Shown piece by piece: positions 6,825 through 12,713 of a stretch of DNA of 12,713 bases; within the stretch, counting starts at the first letter, position 1, and every line of letters begins with the position of its first letter. The notes beneath the pieces are model-generated. The model ran no database searches. It was not told the DNA's origin and worked only from the letters and a program-made list of their open reading frames with translations. The translations under genes were made by a program, and so were the position numbers. Origin of the DNA: a virus (lineage: Duplodnaviria > Heunggongvirae > Uroviricota > Caudoviricetes); the IMG/VR virus record IMGVR_UViG_2695420532_000004; one strand, 5' to 3'.

Positions 6825-8926
6825 TGCTGAATCAGGAAACCGCAAAGGCAGCACGAACCGATTCAGGTTATATCCTTCGCGCACCGAGACGAATGCGGGT
6901 TGCTGATGCCGTTGCTCAGTATATGCGGGTGCCCATGGGGGCCGGGAACTCAGTCCCGTGGGATCCGCTGGTGGCACCGTATGTTATTGAGCCGATGAAC
7001 TGCCTGGCCTCGCGTGAATACGACGCAGTGATATTTGTTGGCCCGGCACGAACCGGCAAGACTATCGGCCTGATTGACGGCTGGGTGATTTACAACGTGA
7101 TTTGCGATCCTGCTGATATGCTGATCATTCAGATGACGGAGGAAAAAGCCCGCGAACACTCCAAAAAACGACTCGCCAGAACGTTTCGCGTCAGCCCGGA
7201 AGTGGTCAGTCGCCTGAGTCCGAACAAAAATGACAACAACGTTTATGACAGAACATTCCTTGCTGGCAACTACCTGAAAATCGGCTGGCCGTCAGTCAAT
7301 ATCATGTCCTCATCAGATTATAAATGCGTCGCGCTGACGGATTATGACCGTTTTCCGGAAGATATTGATGGCGAGGGGGATGCCTTCTCTCTTGCCTCAA
7401 AACGTACCACCACATTTATGTCCAGCGGTATGACGTTGGTGGAGAGTTCCCCCGGCAGGGATGTGAAGGATGTGAAATGGCGACGGACTTCACCGCATGA
7501 GGCTCCACCAACCACGGGGATCCTGTCGCTCTATAACCGTGGTGATCGCCGTCGCTGGTACTGGCCCTGTCCACACTGTGGTGAGTATTTTCAGCCCTGC
7601 GGCGATGTGGTTGCTGGTTTCCGTGATATTGCCGATCCCGTGCTGGCAAGTGAGGCGGCTTATATTCAGTGTCCTTCCTGTTCAGGACGGATTATGCCTG
7701 AACACAAACGTGAGCTGAACGGACGTGGGGTCTGGTTGCGGGATGGTGAATCCATCAATGCGGATGGCAGTCGTTATGGTGATCCCCGACGCTCACGTAT
7801 TGCGTCATTCTGGATGGAGGGTCCGGCAGCTGCTTACCAGACACTCTCGCAACTCGTTTACAAACTGCTTACTGCAGAACAGGAATACGAGACAACCGGA
7901 AGTGAAGAAACACTCAAGACGGTTATCAATACCGACTGGGGATTACCTTATCTTCCCCGCGCCAGCATGGAGCAACGAAAAAGTGAACTGCTTGAGCAGC
8001 GGGCAGAGCCAGTTCCTTCCCGCAGTGTGCCGGATGGCGTTAATTTCCTTGTGGCGACAGTGGATGTGCAGGCGGGACGTCATCGCCGTTTTGTGGTTCA
8101 GGTAACGGGCTATGGCAGCCGTGGCGAACGCTGGATTATTGATCGTTACAACATCACGCAGTCATTGCGCGGTGACAGCGACGGGGAGAGCCAGCGAATT
8201 GATCCGGCCAGCTATCCGGAAGACTGGGATGTCCTGCTGACGGATGTTTTTCATAAAAGCTGGCCGCTGGCCTCCGATCCTTCTCAACAAATGCGACTGA
8301 TGGCAATGGCGGTGGACTCCGGCGGTGAAGACGGGGTCACTGATAATGCCTATAAATTCTGGCGTCGTTGCCGTCGTGATGGCCTTGGTAAACGTATTTA
8401 CCTGTTTAAGGGCGACAGCATCCGGCGCGCAAAACTGATCACCCGTACATTCCCTGATAACACCGGACGAACGGGCCGACGGGCGCAGGCCGCAGGTGAT
8501 GTGCCGCTCTGGCTTCTTCAGACGGATGCACTGAAAGACCGGGTGAATAACGCGTTATGGCGTGACTCGCCAGGTCCCGGCTATGTGCATTTCCCTGACT
8601 GGCTGGGGAGCTGGTTTTACGACGAACTGACGTATGAAGAGCGGAGCAGTGACGGGAAATGGAGTAAGCCGGGTCGCGGTGCCAACGAAGCTTTTGACCT
8701 GATGGTGTATGCCGAGGCTCTGGTCATTCTGCATGGATACGAAAAGATCCGCTGGCCGGATGCACCGGAGTGGGCGAGCCGGGAAACCTGGCTGGAGTGT
8801 GTCCAGGACAGTACCGAACCGTCATCCTCACCGGAACCGGTATCCACGCCTGTTAAAAAACAAAAACGGAAGAAAACAGTAACTGACGATGTTAACCCCT
8901 GGCTGACTTCCGGAGGATGGTTATGA
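6824..8926 (+). CDS. terminase large subunit (lambda gpA family)
   Basis: 700 aa with a Walker-A-like FVGPARTGKT and a zinc-finger-like CPHCGEYFQPCGD...CPSCSG, co-linear in layout with lambda gpA as recalled. Confidence 0.95.
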   Translation: MLNQETAKAARTDSGYILRAPRRMRVADAVAQYMRVPMGAGNSVPWDPLVAPYVIEPMNCLASREYDAVIFVGPARTGKTIGLIDGWVIYNVICDPADMLIIQMTEEKAREHSKKRLARTFRVSPEVVSRLSPNKNDNNVYDRTFLAGNYLKIGWPSVNIMSSSDYKCVALTDYDRFPEDIDGEGDAFSLASKRTTTFMSSGMTLVESSPGRDVKDVKWRRTSPHEAPPTTGILSLYNRGDRRRWYWPCPHCGEYFQPCGDVVAGFRDIADPVLASEAAYIQCPSCSGRIMPEHKRELNGRGVWLRDGESINADGSRYGDPRRSRIASFWMEGPAAAYQTLSQLVYKLLTAEQEYETTGSEETLKTVINTDWGLPYLPRASMEQRKSELLEQRAEPVPSRSVPDGVNFLVATVDVQAGRHRRFVVQVTGYGSRGERWIIDRYNITQSLRGDSDGESQRIDPASYPEDWDVLLTDVFHKSWPLASDPSQQMRLMAMAVDSGGEDGVTDNAYKFWRRCRRDGLGKRIYLFKGDSIRRAKLITRTFPDNTGRTGRRAQAAGDVPLWLLQTDALKDRVNNALWRDSPGPGYVHFPDWLGSWFYDELTYEERSSDGKWSKPGRGANEAFDLMVYAEALVILHGYEKIRWPDAPEWASRETWLECVQDSTEPSSSPEPVSTPVKKQKRKKTVTDDVNPWLTSGGWL

Positions 8927-9135
8927 ACCAGAATGATATCGAAGCCATGATTCAGCGTTATATGGAAGCTGAAATGGCGGTGCTGGACGGAAAATCCGTC
9001 ACCTTTAATGGTCAGCAGATGACCATGGAAAACTTATCTGAGATCCGGCAGGGACGGCAGGAGTGGGAGCGCCGCCTTGCGGCTCTGATTACACGACGAC
9101 GGGGGCATCCCGGGTACCGGCTGGCGAGGTTCTGA
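8923..9135 (+). CDS. gpW-like head-tail joining / head completion protein
   Basis: About 70 aa; ATG 8923 overlaps the terminase stop (ATGA) and has GGAGG 7 nt upstream. The C-terminal TRRRGHPGY resembles the lambda gpW C-terminus. The ORF-track start at 8917 is too close to the RBS. Confidence 0.7.
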   Translation: MNQNDIEAMIQRYMEAEMAVLDGKSVTFNGQQMTMENLSEIRQGRQEWERRLAALITRRRGHPGYRLARF

Positions 9136-10643
9136 TGGCAATTCTTGATGATGTGATTGGCGTTTTTTCACCTGGATGGAAAGCGGCAAGGCTGCGTTCC
9201 CGTGCGGTGATCCAGGCTTATGAAGCCGTAAAAACGACGCGGACACACAAAGCCCGACGGGAGAACCGAACTGCCGACCAGCTAAGCCAGTACGGGGCCG
9301 TGTCGTTACGTGAGCAGGCCCGTTACCTTGATAACAACCACGATCTGGTTATTGGTGTATTTGACAAGCTGGAAGAACGGGTGGTGGGGAAAAACGGGAT
9401 TATTGTCGAGCCACATCCGGTATTACGCAATGGGGCCATTGCCCGTGATCTGGCAGCGGAGATTCGCACCCGATGGAGTGAATGGTCTGTCAGCCCGGAA
9501 GTCACCGGGCAGTTTACCCGTCCGATGCTGGAACGTCTGATGCTGCGTACCTGGCTGCGCGATGGTGAGGTGTTTGCCCAGATGGTTTCCGGGCGCATAA
9601 ACAGCCTGACGCCTTCTGCCGGTGTTCATTTCTGGCTGGAGGCGCTCGAGCCAGACTTTATTCCCATGACCAGTGATGAGAGCAACAGGCTGAATCAGGG
9701 CGTGTTTGTTGATGACTGGGGGCGTCCCGAAAAATATCTGGTGTATAAAAGCCGTCCCGTATCCGGACGGCAGATGGAAACCAAAGAAGTGGATGCAGAG
9801 CGAATGCTGCATCTTAAATTTGTTCGCCGTCTGCACCAGATGCGCGGGACGTCTTTGTTGTCCGGTGTGCTGATCCGCCTCAGTGCCCTGAAAGATTATG
9901 AAGATTATGAGCTGACTGCAGCAAGGATCGCCGCTGCTCTGGGGATGTACATCCGCAAAGGCGACGGGCAGAGCTATGAACCGGATGGTAATGGCAGCAA
10001 GGATAAGGAACGCGAGCTTACCATTCAGCCAGGCATTATTTACGACGATCTGAAACCCGGCGAAGAAATCGGAATGGTGAAGTCGGATCGCCCCAATCCT
10101 AATCTTGAAACTTTTCGTAATGGTCAGTTGCGTGCAGTGGCGGCTGGCAGTCGTCTGAGTTTTTCCAGTACAGCGCGCAACTATAACGGCACTTACAGCG
10201 CCCAGCGTCAGGAGCTGGTTGAATCCACTGATGGCTACCTGATCCTGCAGGACTGGTTTATTGGTGCCGTCACCCGCCCGATGTACCGTGCCTGGCTGAA
10301 ACAGGCTGTGGCATCCGGTGTTATCAGGCTACCCCGCGATCTTGACCGTTCTTCACTGTATACCGCGGTGTATTCCGGACCGGTGATGCCGTGGATTGAC
10401 CCTGTTAAGGAGGCTGAGGCCTGGAAAATCCAGATTCGTGGTGGAGCGGCGACAGAATCAGACTGGGTACGTGCAGGTGGTCGTAATCCGGATGATGTCA
10501 AACGTCGGCGCAAGGCCGAAATTGATGAAAACCGCAAGCTGGATCTGGTATTTGATACCGATCCGGCCAGTGATAAAGGAGGCAGCAGTGCCGCAACGAA
10601 ACGACAGGAGCCGCAGCACACCGACGACCAGTCCGAAGAATAA
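9135..10643 (+). CDS. portal protein (lambda gpB family)
   Basis: About 502 aa from ATG 9135, which overlaps the gpW stop (TGATG); the ORF-track start at 9063 would overlap gpW by 73 nt. Position after terminase/gpW and overall length fit a lambda-type portal. Confidence 0.9.
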   Translation: MAILDDVIGVFSPGWKAARLRSRAVIQAYEAVKTTRTHKARRENRTADQLSQYGAVSLREQARYLDNNHDLVIGVFDKLEERVVGKNGIIVEPHPVLRNGAIARDLAAEIRTRWSEWSVSPEVTGQFTRPMLERLMLRTWLRDGEVFAQMVSGRINSLTPSAGVHFWLEALEPDFIPMTSDESNRLNQGVFVDDWGRPEKYLVYKSRPVSGRQMETKEVDAERMLHLKFVRRLHQMRGTSLLSGVLIRLSALKDYEDYELTAARIAAALGMYIRKGDGQSYEPDGNGSKDKERELTIQPGIIYDDLKPGEEIGMVKSDRPNPNLETFRNGQLRAVAAGSRLSFSSTARNYNGTYSAQRQELVESTDGYLILQDWFIGAVTRPMYRAWLKQAVASGVIRLPRDLDRSSLYTAVYSGPVMPWIDPVKEAEAWKIQIRGGAATESDWVRAGGRNPDDVKRRRKAEIDENRKLDLVFDTDPASDKGGSSAATKRQEPQHTDDQSEE

Positions 10644-12615
10644 TTCCTGGTTCAGGATGCAGGCTGGTCACCAGAGTGACGCGGATATTTATATTTATGA
10701 CGAGATTGGTTTCTGGGGTGTTACAGCGAAGCAGTTTATCAGTGATCTGAATGCACTGGGCGATATCACCCACATTAATCTCCATATCAATTCACCGGGT
10801 GGCGATGTCTTTGAAGGCATCGCCATTTTTAATGCGCTGAAAACACATGGTGCGTCCATTACCGTTTATGTCGACGGTGTGGCGGCGTCAATGGCGTCGG
10901 TCATTGCGATGGTGGGAAAACCGGTCATTATGCCGGAAAACACCTTCATGATGATTCATAAACCATTTGGCTTTACGGGCGGTGATGCGGAGGACATGCG
11001 CACCTATGCCGACCTGCTCGATAAGGTTGAGGCGGTTCTGTTACCCGCTTATGCACAGAAAACCGGGAAAACCACCGATGAAATTGCTGCCATGCTGGCG
11101 GATGAGACCTGGATGTCCGGTGCCGAATGTCTGGCACATGGATTTGCTGATCAGGTGACGCCAGCCGTTAAGGCAATGGCATGTATTCAGTCAAAACGTA
11201 CAGAGGAATTTAAAAAGATGCCGGAATCCATTCGAAACATGATTACTCCGCCACGCAACAGTGCTCCACGCGTACAGGATAATGAACCTGCAGCCTCCCG
11301 GACGCCAGTGCAGGCAGCAGCACCCGTGGTGGATGAAAACAGTATCCGTGCGCAGGTACTGGCAGAGCAAAAAGCGCGTGTAAACGGTATTAATGATCTG
11401 TTTGCCATGTTTGGCGGGCGTTATCAGACGCTGCAGGCTCAGTGTCTTGCCGATCCTGAATGTTCGCTGGAGCAGGCCCGCGAAAAGCTGTTGAACGAGA
11501 TGGGGCGCGAGTCCACGCCATCCAATAAAAATACCCCGGCTCATATTTATGCCGGTAACGGTAATTTTGTGGGGGACGGGATCCGCCAGGCGCTGATGGC
11601 GCGTGCCGGATTTGAAAAAACCGAACGTGATAATGTCTACAACGGGATGACCCTGCGTGAATATGCCCGTATGTCACTGACTGAACGGGGTATTGGGGTT
11701 TCCGGTTATAACCCGATGCAGATGGTCGGTGCGGCGTTCACACACAGTACGTCTGACTTCGGTAATATTCTGCTGGATGTTGCGAACAAAGCCATTCTGC
11801 AGGGCTGGGAGGATGCCCCTGAAACCTATGAACAGTGGACGCGGAAAGGTCAGTTGTCTGATTTTAAAATTGCCCATCGCGTGGGTATGGGGGGCTTCAG
11901 TGCTCTGCGTCAGGTGCGTGAAGGGGCGGAATATAAATACGTCACCACCGGAGATAAACAGGCCACTATTGCACTGGCGACCTATGGCGAGCTGTTCAGT
12001 ATCACCCGTCAGGCCATTATCAATGATGATCTGAATATGCTGACCGATGTCCCGATGAAGCTGGGCCGTGCGGCGAAATCCACTATTGCCGATCTGGTTT
12101 ATGCCATTCTGACGTCTAACCCGAAAATCTCCACAGATAATGTAAGTCTGTTCGATAAAGCGAAACATGCAAACGTACTGGAGGACGCTGCAATGGACGT
12201 GGCATCGCTGGATAAAGCCCGCCAGTTGATGCGTGTTCAGAAAGAGGGGGAGCGTCATCTGAATATTCGTCCTGCGTTCGTACTGGTACCGACGGCGATG
12301 GAGTCTGTTGCTAACCAGGTCATTCGCTCCTCAAGTGTCAAGGGGGCTGACATTAACGCCGGTATTATTAACCCGGTGAAAGATTTTGCGACCGTTATTG
12401 CAGAGCCTCGTCTTGATGATAACAGCCAGACCACCTTCTACCTGGCTGCGTCAAAAGGCTCCGATACGATTGAAGTGGCTTATCTCAACGGTGTGGATAC
12501 GCCATATATTGATCAGATGGAGGGCTTCAGTGTGGATGGCGTGACAACGAAAGTGCGTATTGACGCCGGTGTCGCGCCAGTTGATCACCGCGGTCTGGTG
12601 AAATGTACGGCGTAA
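10588..12615 (+). CDS. fused prohead protease (ClpP/S14-like) - scaffold - major capsid protein (HK97-fold), Gifsy-2-type tripartite capsid gene
   Basis: One uninterrupted frame. The N-terminal part has a ClpP-like protease signature (DIYIYDEIGFWG ... INSPGGDVFEGIAIFNAL ... MASVIAMVG ... MMIHKP); the middle is low-complexity and helical; the C-terminal roughly 300 aa reads as an HK97-fold major capsid protein. Start is uncertain: GTG 10588 has AAGGAGG 5 nt upstream but overlaps the portal by 56 nt; ATG 10657 is the first ATG after the portal stop but has no RBS. Confidence 0.85.
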   Translation: MPQRNDRSRSTPTTSPKNNSWFRMQAGHQSDADIYIYDEIGFWGVTAKQFISDLNALGDITHINLHINSPGGDVFEGIAIFNALKTHGASITVYVDGVAASMASVIAMVGKPVIMPENTFMMIHKPFGFTGGDAEDMRTYADLLDKVEAVLLPAYAQKTGKTTDEIAAMLADETWMSGAECLAHGFADQVTPAVKAMACIQSKRTEEFKKMPESIRNMITPPRNSAPRVQDNEPAASRTPVQAAAPVVDENSIRAQVLAEQKARVNGINDLFAMFGGRYQTLQAQCLADPECSLEQAREKLLNEMGRESTPSNKNTPAHIYAGNGNFVGDGIRQALMARAGFEKTERDNVYNGMTLREYARMSLTERGIGVSGYNPMQMVGAAFTHSTSDFGNILLDVANKAILQGWEDAPETYEQWTRKGQLSDFKIAHRVGMGGFSALRQVREGAEYKYVTTGDKQATIALATYGELFSITRQAIINDDLNMLTDVPMKLGRAAKSTIADLVYAILTSNPKISTDNVSLFDKAKHANVLEDAAMDVASLDKARQLMRVQKEGERHLNIRPAFVLVPTAMESVANQVIRSSSVKGADINAGIINPVKDFATVIAEPRLDDNSQTTFYLAASKGSDTIEVAYLNGVDTPYIDQMEGFSVDGVTTKVRIDAGVAPVDHRGLVKCTA

Positions 12616-12616
12616 A

Positions 12617-12713
<97 letters not shown>

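Overview
The window reads as the late region of a lambdoid enterobacterial prophage (lambda / Gifsy-2-like), with every supported gene on the + strand. Order: a 5'-truncated nin-region gene, a DUF968/HNH-like zinc-finger protein, a short Q-type antiterminator, an AT-rich cargo (moron) gene of unknown function followed by an intrinsic terminator, a small FaeA/PapI-like winged-helix gene, an orphan beta-class amino-DNA methyltransferase, a second terminator, the lysis cassette (holin, lambda-R-like transglycosylase, Rz with embedded Rz1), a KilA-N-like fragment, a cos-like site, then terminase small and large subunits, gpW-like protein, portal, and a long fused ClpP-protease/scaffold/major-capsid gene. 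No tRNA, CRISPR array or IS element was recognised, and the minus-strand ORFs look like shadows of the + strand genes. The most likely places for novel biology are the Q-to-lysis cargo island: the uncharacterised 205-aa moron protein and the FaeA-like regulator plus orphan methyltransferase pair. All similarity statements are from reading the translations against remembered family features; nothing was searched or computed.
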